A stretch of 36,575 nt of DNA, taken from NCBI GenBank assembly GCA_034659435.1, contig JAYEHJ010000087.1, positions 1 through 36,575 of the forward strand. The letters are read 5' to 3'. This document shows, one piece after another, positions 15,956 to 25,655 of this stretch. The position numbers and the translations under genes were made by a program. Position 1 is the stretch's first letter; the number at the start of each line of letters is the position of its first letter. Source of the DNA: Patescibacteria group bacterium (GTDB lineage: Bacteria; Patescibacteriota; Patescibacteriia; Patescibacteriales; UBA12075). The notes beneath the pieces are model-generated. The model ran no database searches. It saw nothing but the letters and a program-made list of their open reading frames with translations, and was not told the origin of the DNA.

Positions 15956-16924
15956 ATGGCATCAACAAGAGATATACAAAACAGAATAAAATCCATTAAT
16001 AACACTAAGAAGATTACCAAGGCTATGGAAATGGTGGCGGCGTCCAAGATGCGGCGCGCGATTGAGGCTGTGCTTAAAACCAGGACTTACGCTAATTTAA
16101 GCTGGAAAATTGTTTTAAATTTGTCGCAAGCAAGCAATGGCAACGGAGAAAAAGCATTGCATCCGCTTTTAACAAAGCGCGAAAAAATTAAAAAAGTCGG
16201 AATTATTTTAATATCGTCCAATAGGGGATTGTGTGGCGGGTTTAATTCCGCTATTATTAATAAAGCGCGCAATAGCGTTAAAATTCACATGGAACCGGAA
16301 AAAGAAAATCCGGAATTTATAATAATCGGAAAAAAAGGCGCTCTTGTAAAAAAATATTATAATTATGATATTGCGGCGGAATTTCCCAAGGCTGATATAA
16401 CCAGTGAAATAAAAGAGGTTTTGCCAATAGCAAAAATAGTTTTGGATGATTATTTAAGCGGAAAATATGATAAAATAATGGTTGCCTACACTGATTACGT
16501 TAGCGCCGCCAAGCAGATACCGCGCGTCAAACAGCTTTTGCCGATTGATATATCAACGCAGGATGAATATTTAGGCATTGTCGGCGAAGATACTAGAGTT
16601 GGTATTGACAAAGAATTTATTGATAAGAAAAAAGAAAAACATTTGCAAGACAAAAGGCATATATATGAATATGCTTTTGAGCCGAACCCAAAAGAAGTTT
16701 TAGACGAAATGATACCGCGCTTGATTGAAATTCAGCTTTTTCAGGCATTGCTTGAATCTAACGCGTCTGAACACAGCGCGAGAATGTCGGCTATGCATCA
16801 GGCAACAGACGCGGCCAATGATATGTCAGAAGAATTAACGCTTTTTTACAACAAATCAAGACAAGCTGCGATTACAAATGAAATTGCAGAGATTTCGGCA
16901 GGGGCGAATGCTTTGGCGGAGTAA
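15956..16924 (+). CDS. atpG: F0F1 ATP synthase subunit gamma
   Basis: N-terminus IKSINNTKKITKAMEMVAASKMRRA and C-terminus QAAITNEIAEISAGANAL. Confidence 0.9.
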   Translation: MASTRDIQNRIKSINNTKKITKAMEMVAASKMRRAIEAVLKTRTYANLSWKIVLNLSQASNGNGEKALHPLLTKREKIKKVGIILISSNRGLCGGFNSAIINKARNSVKIHMEPEKENPEFIIIGKKGALVKKYYNYDIAAEFPKADITSEIKEVLPIAKIVLDDYLSGKYDKIMVAYTDYVSAAKQIPRVKQLLPIDISTQDEYLGIVGEDTRVGIDKEFIDKKKEKHLQDKRHIYEYAFEPNPKEVLDEMIPRLIEIQLFQALLESNASEHSARMSAMHQATDAANDMSEELTLFYNKSRQAAITNEIAEISAGANALAE

Positions 16925-16991
16925 GTTAGGAATTAAAAATAATATTTTTTATAAAACAAATTATGTTGCGTTTACAATAAATCTCATTTTT

Positions 16992-17170
16992 TGTCATTTC
17001 GACCGGAGCGTCAGCGGAGTGGAAAAATCTTTAATATGTTTAAACCTTTTCCAAATATTTTTTGTTTCAATCTTTTGGTGTAATTCACGTATTATAGATT
17101 TATCCGCTCCGTTCTACCCCAAGGGCACTTCCGTTGGGCGCGCTGTCGCTCCACTCTGGTCGAAATGACA
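16992..17170. repeat. family-B inverted doublet (tgtcatttcgacc ... ggtcgaaatgaca) in the atpG-atpD gap
   Basis: The 13-nt termini are perfectly complementary. The internal ggagcg-cagcg-gag-gga-aaatct blocks are shared in inverse orientation. The right unit carries an extra GC-rich block of about 30 nt. Confidence 0.75.
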
Positions 17171-17202
17171 AAAATAAGGGGTTTGTTTTGGAAAGTGAGC
17201 TG

Positions 17203-17239
17203 AGAAAAGAAAAAGACCACAACGGTGAGGATGTGGTCT
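17203..17239 (-). terminator. intrinsic terminator of the antisense small ORF
   Basis: agaccaca / tgtggtct stem. On the minus strand it is followed by ttttcttttct. Confidence 0.6.
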
Positions 17240-17270
17240 GAAAAAAAGTTAATTTTTTTATTAGAAGTTA

Positions 17271-17489
17271 CTATTTGATAAGTTTTAGTATATACTTGCT
17301 ATTTATGTTAAGATTAAGAGATAAAAATCTAACATATAATATTCCTGCGAATATTGCAGAAAAAAATACCAATCCAAAAAATGTTATAAAAAAATTCATC
17401 CAATTTTTGCTTGCTTCGCTAACACAGGCAGAAGCCAAATAAATAATAAAAAAATAGTAAAACGGAAAAAATTTTTTAAAAATAATCAT
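17271..17489 (-). CDS. small two-TM membrane protein (72 aa), antisense to the atp operon
   Basis: ATG preceded by AAGGAGG 8 nt upstream, one of only two strong SD sites seen in the window. It has its own intrinsic terminator at 17203-17239. Confidence 0.55.
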   Translation of the reverse strand: MIIFKKFFPFYYFFIIYLASACVSEASKNWMNFFITFFGLVFFSAIFAGILYVRFLSLNLNINSKYILKLIK

Positions 17490-17585
17490 TTTTCATACCT
17501 CCTTTTTAAAAAGTTGTTTTTATTTTATTATACATTTTAAATTTAATCTGCCAATCCTACGCTAAAATTTCGGATTGCAAGCTAA

Positions 17586-18974
<1,389 letters not shown>

Positions 18975-18980
18975 AATTTT

Positions 18981-19418
18981 ATGTCAAATAAATTAATAAA
19001 ATTTGAAATAGTTACGCCTGAAAAAGTTGTTTTAAAAGAGCAAGTTGTTCAAGTAACCGTGCCTACAAAGCAAGGTAAAATTACTGTTTTGCCTAATCAT
19101 ATTCCCTTGGTAGCCGGTTTAATGCCCGGAGTGATTGAAATTGTCAAGGAAGACGGAAACAGTGAAATTATGTCTGTTTCAGGAGGATTTATTGAAGTAT
19201 CAAAAAATAAAGTGGTTATTTTGGCTGATACCGCGGAAAGAGCCGAAGAGATTAATATGGCCAAGGCTGAGGAAGCAAAAGAAAGAGCCGAGGCGGCCAT
19301 TAAAGAATTAAGGCATTTTGACAGCGAGAGATTTGCCGGCATTAACGCCCAAATCGCCAAGGAATTGGCGAGAAGCAGGGCGGCAAAAAAATGGAAAAAA
19401 ATTAAAAAGGTTGATTGA
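18981..19418 (+). CDS. atpC: F0F1 ATP synthase subunit epsilon
   Basis: 145 aa: beta-sandwich N-domain plus helical C-terminus, 6 nt after atpD. Confidence 0.85.
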   Translation: MSNKLIKFEIVTPEKVVLKEQVVQVTVPTKQGKITVLPNHIPLVAGLMPGVIEIVKEDGNSEIMSVSGGFIEVSKNKVVILADTAERAEEINMAKAEEAKERAEAAIKELRHFDSERFAGINAQIAKELARSRAAKKWKKIKKVD

Positions 19419-19425
19419 TTTTTTT

Positions 19426-20442
19426 CTACTCCACAATATCCAAACTGCGGTCGCATTGCGCGCAGCAGCCGTTTTGGTCAAGCCGTTCAATATGATATCC
19501 AAGCCTTCTGATTGCAAGTTCGCCACAGCGCGGGCAATAAGTATTTTCTTTCTGATCGCCGGGGATATTGCCCACATAAACATATTTAAGCCCTGCGTCT
19601 TTAGCTATTTCAAAAGCTTGATAGATTATATCTTCTCCGGTTGGATGGATATTTTTTAATTTCCATGAAATATCAGGCGAGAATTTGCTTAAATGCCACG
19701 GAGTGTCGCCGTCCAACTCCAAGGCGATAAAATCGGCTATTTGGCTTAAAGTTTTAATATCATCAGAAAGGCTCGGAATAATTAAAGTTGTTATCTCCAA
19801 ATGAATTTGTTCTTGTTTAATTTTTTTTAAATTATCCAAAACCGGCTCCAATTTAGCCGAACAAATATTATTATAAAAATTATTATCAAAAGATTTTAAG
19901 TCAATATTAATCGCGTCAATATATGGAAATATTTCTTCCATGCATTCATCGGACATATAGCCGTTAGACACCCAAAGATTTTTTAAGCCATTGGCTTGTG
20001 CTAGGCGCATAATATCAAGATAATATTCAACATTGACTGTGGGCTCGTTGTAGGTATATGCTATTGACCGGCAATCATTGCCGATTGCTTCTTCAACAAT
20101 CCGTTCGGGATTAATATTATCAAAATTATCAAGTATTTTTTCAATACTTTTTATTTGGCTTATTTCGTAATTTTGGCAATTATCACATTTAAAATTACAA
20201 CCCAAAGAGCCTATTGAATATGCAAGCGAGCCTGGCATAAAATGAAAAAATGGCTTTTTTTCAATCGGATCAATATTTTGCGCGCTGACAACGCCATAGC
20301 CAAGAGTATATAAATTTCCATTATTATTTACTCTGTTCAAACAAATGCCAGTCTGCTTATTTTTAATAATACAATAATGGTTGCATAGCAAGCACTGAAC
20401 AGATCCATCGGGCTTAGTTTTATAAAATTTGGCTTTTTTCAT
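19426..20442 (-). CDS. amrS: AmmeMemoRadiSam-system radical SAM enzyme (PFL-activase-like)
   Basis: CNFKCDNCQN (CxxxCxxC) radical SAM cluster motif. N-terminal Cys cluster CLLCNHYC...GIC and C-terminal CPRC...CAQC are typical of this family. Confidence 0.8.
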   Translation of the reverse strand: MKKAKFYKTKPDGSVQCLLCNHYCIIKNKQTGICLNRVNNNGNLYTLGYGVVSAQNIDPIEKKPFFHFMPGSLAYSIGSLGCNFKCDNCQNYEISQIKSIEKILDNFDNINPERIVEEAIGNDCRSIAYTYNEPTVNVEYYLDIMRLAQANGLKNLWVSNGYMSDECMEEIFPYIDAINIDLKSFDNNFYNNICSAKLEPVLDNLKKIKQEQIHLEITTLIIPSLSDDIKTLSQIADFIALELDGDTPWHLSKFSPDISWKLKNIHPTGEDIIYQAFEIAKDAGLKYVYVGNIPGDQKENTYCPRCGELAIRRLGYHIERLDQNGCCAQCDRSLDIVE

Positions 20443-20670
20443 TCTTCTACGAATTACGAATTTTACGAATACACAAATACTCTATAAACGTTTAAATATA
20501 ATTTTCATATATTTACGGCAACACAAAGCATATTTAAACATGTAATATGAGTTATCAATAAAATATCATATTTTATTGCGTAATGCAAGAATATTTATTA
20601 TAATTAAAATAGCTCTTTAAATGATTTTGTGTGTAATAAATATTATATTACGATTTTCGCCTCTTTTTTT

Positions 20671-20880
20671 TGTCATCTCCGACACACATTGCCCCGCAGG
20701 GAAATTATATTAAATGATCGGAGATCTCGTAAAAATCAACGAACATAAAAAATAAAAAAATATTTTAAAAAAATATTATATTAACAACCGTTATTTTAAA
20801 AAATAATTTAGATGCTTTTAAAGAGATTCCCGATCATTTAATATAATTTCCCTGCGGGGCAATGTGTGTCGGGAATGACA
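20671..20880. repeat. family-A inverted doublet, second copy
   Basis: tgtcatctccgacacacattgccccgcaggg...gatcggagatctc and agagattcccgatcattt...ccctgcggggcaatgtgtgtcgggaatgaca. The right-internal segment tttagatgctttt is shared with the 9095 copy. Confidence 0.8.
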
Positions 20881-20950
20881 AGGATGGTGCTTGTTAAAAT
20901 AATAAAAATATAATATTTATTACCCACAGAATTATTGAGCCATTAAAATT

Positions 20951-22162
20951 ATGAACAAAAAAAAAAGTATAAATATACTGGGAGTAAATATTGATAATAT
21001 TTCCAAACAAAATCTTTTATCGCGAATTGAAAAAGATTTAGAAGAAAATAACTTTAAATTTTTAACAACGCTTAATCCGGAAATAATTTTGCGCGCGCAA
21101 AAAGATGAAGAGTATTTTTATATTTTAAATAAAGCGGATTATTCAATTCCGGACGGAATCGGATTGAAATTTGCAGGCATAGCGCTGGGAAAAAATATTA
21201 AACGGATTACCGGCGCTGATTTAAGCCGTGATATTTTAAAAATAGCGCAAAATAAATCTAAAAAAATATTGATAATTAATTGGAAAAAAGGATTGTCAAG
21301 CAAGAAAGATATTGAAAAAATGTTGTCTGCCAAATTTCCAAAGTTAAAATATATGATAATTGACGGTCCGCGTGGCAGAGATGAATGGCAGAATATAATT
21401 AATAAAAAAATAAATGATTTCGCGCCGGATATTTTATTCTGTTTGTTTGGCGCGCCATTGCAAGAAAAATTTATTTATCATAATGCCGGTAAAGTTAATT
21501 CTATTAAGCTGGCGCTTGGAGTAGGCGGAGCTTTTGATTTTTTAACCAAAAAAATCAAGCGCGCGCCTTGTATTTTTAGAAAACTAGGGCTGGAGTGGCT
21601 GTGGCGGCTTTTAAAACAGCCAAAACGAACAAAAAGAATTTATAACGCGGTAATTAAATTTACTTACAAATTTTTATGCTGGCGATTTATACTGCCTTTT
21701 TTATACCGTCCAAATGTTGTCTGTCTCTTGTATAAAAAAGAAAATAATAAAAAATATATATTATTGGTGGAAAGAAAAAATGACTTTAATCATTGGCAGC
21801 TTCCGCAAGGCGGAACAGATAGCGAAGATATTAAAAAGGCTGGCGAGAGAGAATTAAGCGAAGAGCTTAATTGCGATAAATTTGAATTTATAAAAACTTA
21901 TAAAAATGTTTATAAATATAAATTCAGGCAGAGAAATGAAGGCGAAAAATACGCAAAAAACGCGCGAAAACACACAGGTTATAAAGGTCAAAAACAAAGT
22001 TTATATATTGCAAAATTTACCGGAAAAGATATTAATATTAAAATAAATTTTTGGGAACATAAAAATTGGAAATGGGTTGAGGATGGTAAAGTATTGAATA
22101 TTGTTCATAAGTGCCGCAAAGAAGCAGTTGAAAAATATTTGACATTATTTGACAATATTTAA
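20951..22162 (+). CDS. fusion protein: WecG/TagA/CpsF (GT26) glycosyltransferase domain plus C-terminal Nudix hydrolase domain
   Basis: Residues 1 to about 245: LNPEII..., IPDGIGL, LFGAPLQEKFI, GVGGAFDF, LEWLWRL (GT26 motifs). Residues about 250-403: Nudix-box-like core GERELSEEL. Confidence 0.8.
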   Translation: MNKKKSINILGVNIDNISKQNLLSRIEKDLEENNFKFLTTLNPEIILRAQKDEEYFYILNKADYSIPDGIGLKFAGIALGKNIKRITGADLSRDILKIAQNKSKKILIINWKKGLSSKKDIEKMLSAKFPKLKYMIIDGPRGRDEWQNIINKKINDFAPDILFCLFGAPLQEKFIYHNAGKVNSIKLALGVGGAFDFLTKKIKRAPCIFRKLGLEWLWRLLKQPKRTKRIYNAVIKFTYKFLCWRFILPFLYRPNVVCLLYKKENNKKYILLVERKNDFNHWQLPQGGTDSEDIKKAGERELSEELNCDKFEFIKTYKNVYKYKFRQRNEGEKYAKNARKHTGYKGQKQSLYIAKFTGKDINIKINFWEHKNWKWVEDGKVLNIVHKCRKEAVEKYLTLFDNI

Positions 22163-22173
22163 AAAATGTAATA

Positions 22174-22200
22174 AAGTAAGAATATAATAATTTCTTACTT
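22174..22200 (+). promoter_or_regulatory. 9-bp inverted repeat enclosing TATAAT: candidate operator/promoter of the TA operon
   Basis: aagtaagaa TATAATaat ttcttactt, 9 nt upstream of the antitoxin ATG. Confidence 0.4.
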
Positions 22201-22208
22201 GTAAAAAT

Positions 22209-22514
22209 ATGACTAAAATAATCAAGGCTACTTCAAAAGGGCAAATTACTATTCCTGCTGAATGGAGGCGTGAATTTAAAACTGATCAATTTATAATAAT
22301 CCGCCAAAAAGACGGGATAAAAATAAAACCGATTAATATAAATAAAATTATGGAAGAAGAAAAAAACAGATTAGCCAGAATGAAAGAATATGAAAAATTT
22401 AAAAAAAATCGCCCTAAAAATGAAACAGTAATTTTTGACGCAATCAGGGATAATAATGGAGAAGGCATATCAGCAGACGATTTTATAAAAATGATAGAAG
22501 AAATAGATGGATAA
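22209..22514 (+). CDS. AbrB/SpoVT-domain antitoxin
   Basis: N-terminal SKGQITIPAEWRREF swapped-hairpin motif. Its stop overlaps the toxin start (ATGGATAA). Confidence 0.7.
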   Translation: MTKIIKATSKGQITIPAEWRREFKTDQFIIIRQKDGIKIKPININKIMEEEKNRLARMKEYEKFKKNRPKNETVIFDAIRDNNGEGISADDFIKMIEEIDG

Positions 22515-22752
22515 AATTAAAAAAATTTTAAAAAAAATTTTAAAAATTGAAAGAAAAAATATTTTAAGGCAAATTAAGCTAACACAAGAACGAAAAATTA
22601 ATCCCGCTAAAATAAAAAAAATCAAGGGTTCAAAAAACTTTCGTATTTGCATTGGTAGATTCAGAATTTTGTTTTATTGGAAAAAAGACGGATCAATTGC
22701 CTTAATTGATATGTGTAATCGTGATGAAAATACTTATAAAAACCTAAAATAA
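22507..22752 (+). CDS. RelE/ParE-family type II toxin
   Basis: 81 aa. The segment KGSKNFRICIGRFRILFYWKKDGSIALIDMCNRDENTY matches the RelE/ParE core pattern. Translationally coupled to the upstream antitoxin. Confidence 0.7.
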   Translation: MDKIKKILKKILKIERKNILRQIKLTQERKINPAKIKKIKGSKNFRICIGRFRILFYWKKDGSIALIDMCNRDENTYKNLK

Positions 22753-22755
22753 ACT

Positions 22756-24228
22756 ATGCCTGATAAAAAAATAAGAACGCGTTTCGCGCCCAGCCCAACC
22801 GGATTTTTACATATTGGCAGCTTAAGAACTGTGCTTTTTGCGCATTTGTTAGCCAAATCGCTAGGCGGTAAAATGATTTTACGATTAGATGATACCGACC
22901 AAAAACGTTATGTTGAGGGGTCTGAGGAAAAACTTTATGATATTTTGGATCGCTTGGGATTTAAATTTGATGAAGGACCGCGCGCCAAAGGCGATTATGG
23001 TCCGTATATTCAAAGCCAAAGAAAAGAGATTTATAATAAATATATTAAAAAATTGCTTGATAAGCAAAAAGTTTATCATTGTTTTTGCCCGCCTGAGCGT
23101 TTGCAAAAAACGCGCGAAGACCAGCAAACGCGAAAACTGCCGCCGAGATACGATCGTTGTTGTCGGAATTTAAGCAAAGAAGAAGTTGCTAAAAAAATAG
23201 CAGCCGGTAAAAAATTTGTTATCAGGCAAAAAATGCCGCTTGCGGGCGAAATAATTGTTAATGATGGGCTTAGAGGAGAAATTAAATTTAAAGCCGGCGA
23301 ATTGGAAGATCATGTTCTAATAAAATCAAACGGAATGCCAACTTACCAATTCGCTGTTGTAATTGACGATCATTTAATGGAAATTAGCCATGTTGTCAGG
23401 GGAGAGGAATGGATACCGAGTTTTCCCAAGAATATTTTGCTTTACAAAGATTTTGGCTGGGAACCGCCAAAATTTATTCATATTCCGCTCACTTTAAATA
23501 AAGGAGGCGGCAAATTAAGCAAGCGCCAAGGCGATGTGGCAGTTGAGGACTATTTAGAAAAAGGATACTTGATTGAGGCTTTAATAAATTTTTGCGTGCT
23601 TCTCGGCTGGCGCCCTGAAGGCGACAATGAAATATTCAATTTGAATGAATTGGAAAAAGTATTTAAATATAAAGATATGAATATTTCTCCAGCGATTTTT
23701 GATATTGAAAAATTGGATTATTTTAACGGCTATTATATACGCAAAATGGATTTGGATAAATTAGTTGAGATTATCAAGCCTTATCTGGAAGATAATATTA
23801 AAAAAACAAGCAGCAAAAAAAAGCAGACGGGTGAATTTATAAAAAATGTTGTTTCTACGGAGCAGGAAAGATTAAAAAAACTGTCTGAAATAGGGGATTT
23901 GACAGAATTCTTCTTTGTTGATAAATTAAATTATCCAAAAGATATGCTACTTTGGAAAAAACAAGAAGAAACGGACTGCAAAAAAAATCTTGAAACAATA
24001 AAAAATATTTTAAAAAAAATTTCGAAAAATGAATGTACCGAAAAAAACATTGAAAATATAATTATTAAATATCTAAAAGATAACGATTTAAAAATTGGAG
24101 ATTATCTTTGGCCGGCAAGAGTTGCTTTAACAGGAAAAAAACAAAGCCCCGGACCGTTTGAAGTCGCTTTTGTTTTGGGTAGAGAAGAAAGTTTAGTAAA
24201 AATTCAAAACGCTATTGATTTAATTTAA
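22756..24228 (+). CDS. gltX: glutamate--tRNA ligase
   Basis: RFAPSPTGFLHIGSLRT (HIGH) and KLSKRQG (KMSKS), 490 aa. Confidence 0.9.
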   Translation: MPDKKIRTRFAPSPTGFLHIGSLRTVLFAHLLAKSLGGKMILRLDDTDQKRYVEGSEEKLYDILDRLGFKFDEGPRAKGDYGPYIQSQRKEIYNKYIKKLLDKQKVYHCFCPPERLQKTREDQQTRKLPPRYDRCCRNLSKEEVAKKIAAGKKFVIRQKMPLAGEIIVNDGLRGEIKFKAGELEDHVLIKSNGMPTYQFAVVIDDHLMEISHVVRGEEWIPSFPKNILLYKDFGWEPPKFIHIPLTLNKGGGKLSKRQGDVAVEDYLEKGYLIEALINFCVLLGWRPEGDNEIFNLNELEKVFKYKDMNISPAIFDIEKLDYFNGYYIRKMDLDKLVEIIKPYLEDNIKKTSSKKKQTGEFIKNVVSTEQERLKKLSEIGDLTEFFFVDKLNYPKDMLLWKKQEETDCKKNLETIKNILKKISKNECTEKNIENIIIKYLKDNDLKIGDYLWPARVALTGKKQSPGPFEVAFVLGREESLVKIQNAIDLI

Positions 24229-24256
24229 TGGTGATAAAAAATAAATTCACCAAACG

Positions 24257-24295
24257 AAAAAGGGGTTGCAAAAAAATCATGCAACCCCTTTTTTA
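24257..24295 (+). terminator. intrinsic terminator after gltX
   Basis: ggggttgca / tgcaacccc stem followed by tttttt. Confidence 0.7.
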
Positions 24296-24317
24296 TTATT
24301 CAAAAATATGTTATATT

Positions 24318-25598
24318 ATGAATGTAAAAATAAAAGCTAAACCAAGCCCCATGAATAATAAAATATTTAAAAAAATAACTAATTTTACAATAATTTTATT
24401 AGTCTTTTTGTTGCTTTCCGGTTCAACAACAGTCGGGCTGGCAGATACAAATGAAGCAAGTTTGCTTAATAGGGAAGTAAAGCGGATTAATGAAGACATT
24501 TCAGATAAAAAAAGTGAAATTAAGCGGATTCAAGAAAAACAAGAGAAATATTCAGCCGCGATTAATGAAAAACAGCGGGAAAAGGCAAGCCTAAGCAATC
24601 AATTGGCGCTTTTAGATAATCGTTTGGCAAAATCCGAACTGGATATTGAGCTTGTTGAGATTGATATTGACCGTGTTAAATTGGAAATCCAAAAAACCGA
24701 TTTGGAAATTGTAAACAAGGACAAGAAAATCGCCAGAGAAAAAAAACAGATTACCGATGTTATTCGCTTAATGCAGAAGCGCGATAATATTAATTCTCTG
24801 GAAATAATGCTTTTAAACAAGTCTTTATCGGAATTTTTAACCCAAGTAAAATATTTAGAAGATATAAACGAAAGTCTGGATAAAAGTTTGGGAAATTTGG
24901 AAAAATTAAAAAGAGAACTGGAAAAAGAGCAAAAAATTTTAACGCGAAAAAGCGAAGATTTGGTTGAAATGAAAAAGGATTTGGAAGAAAAAAAGATTAA
25001 ATTGGCAAGCGAAAAAGAAAATAAAATTCATATTCTTTCGCAAGTCGGACAATCCGAGCGCGAATACCAGCGGCTTCTAGTCAAAGCAAGACAAGAACAG
25101 GAAAATACGGCCTCTGAAATAGCCAGCATGGAAAAACTGGCTCGGGCAAAATTGGCCAAACTTGAAGGAAAAAAACTGGAATTTAATGACAATGGCTTAA
25201 CATGGCCTGTTAAAAAAAATATTATTACCGCCTATTTCCATGACCCTGATTATCCGTTTCGCCATATCTTTGAACATCCAGGAGCGGATATTCGCGCGGC
25301 GCAGGGGAGTACGCTTATGGCGGCCGCTTCAGGATATGTTGCCCGTGTAAGATCAGACAACAGCGCGCGTTACGGCTATATTATGATTATTCATGGCGAT
25401 GGACTATCTACAGTGTATGGCCACATTTCCAAAGCTTATGTTAAAGAAGATGATTACGTGGTTCAGGGACAAAAAATCGCTCTTTCAGGAGGATTGCCCG
25501 GAACTCCGGGAGCAGGTCGCCTGACAACCGGCCCGCATCTTCATTTTGAGGTAAGATTAAACGGAATACCGGTTGACCCTTTGAGTTATTTGCCGTAA
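24318..25598 (+). CDS. M23-family metallopeptidase with N-terminal signal and long coiled coil (EnvC-like)
   Basis: C-terminal GADIRAAQGS...HGDGLSTVYGH...GPHLHFEV (M23 HxxxD/HxH motifs). The ORF is open from 24228, but the gltX terminator hairpin lies inside that extension. ATG 24318 or 24351 (MNNKIFKK followed by a signal peptide) is the likely start. Confidence 0.85.
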   Translation: MNVKIKAKPSPMNNKIFKKITNFTIILLVFLLLSGSTTVGLADTNEASLLNREVKRINEDISDKKSEIKRIQEKQEKYSAAINEKQREKASLSNQLALLDNRLAKSELDIELVEIDIDRVKLEIQKTDLEIVNKDKKIAREKKQITDVIRLMQKRDNINSLEIMLLNKSLSEFLTQVKYLEDINESLDKSLGNLEKLKRELEKEQKILTRKSEDLVEMKKDLEEKKIKLASEKENKIHILSQVGQSEREYQRLLVKARQEQENTASEIASMEKLARAKLAKLEGKKLEFNDNGLTWPVKKNIITAYFHDPDYPFRHIFEHPGADIRAAQGSTLMAAASGYVARVRSDNSARYGYIMIIHGDGLSTVYGHISKAYVKEDDYVVQGQKIALSGGLPGTPGAGRLTTGPHLHFEVRLNGIPVDPLSYLP

Positions 25599-25647
25599 AA
25601 AAACAGGCTCCAAGAGCCTTTTAAAGGCTCTTGGAGCCTGTTTTTTT
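25597..25647. terminator. bidirectional intrinsic terminator between the convergent M23 peptidase and xerC genes
   Basis: Near-perfect palindrome aaaaaaacaggctccaagagcctt / aaggctcttggagcctgttttttt, with an A run on one side and a T run on the other. Confidence 0.8.
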
Positions 25648-25655
25648 ATGCAAAC

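Noticed and set aside
16878-17168. 96-aa ORF in the supplied track (...CHFDRSVSGVEKSL...).
   Set aside because: It overlaps the atpG 3' end and simply reads through the family-B repeat doublet. It is a translation artefact of a non-coding repeat.
19308-19659. ORFs 19308-19583 (minus) and 19318-19659 (plus) bridging the atpC / radical SAM junction.
   Set aside because: They overlap the 3' ends of two convergent, well-supported genes in other frames and have no motifs.
24228-24317. Start of the M23 peptidase at 24228, overlapping the gltX stop.
   Set aside because: The gltX intrinsic terminator (24257-24295) lies inside this extension. The extension encodes no signal peptide, whereas ATG 24318 or 24351 gives a normal N-terminal signal.
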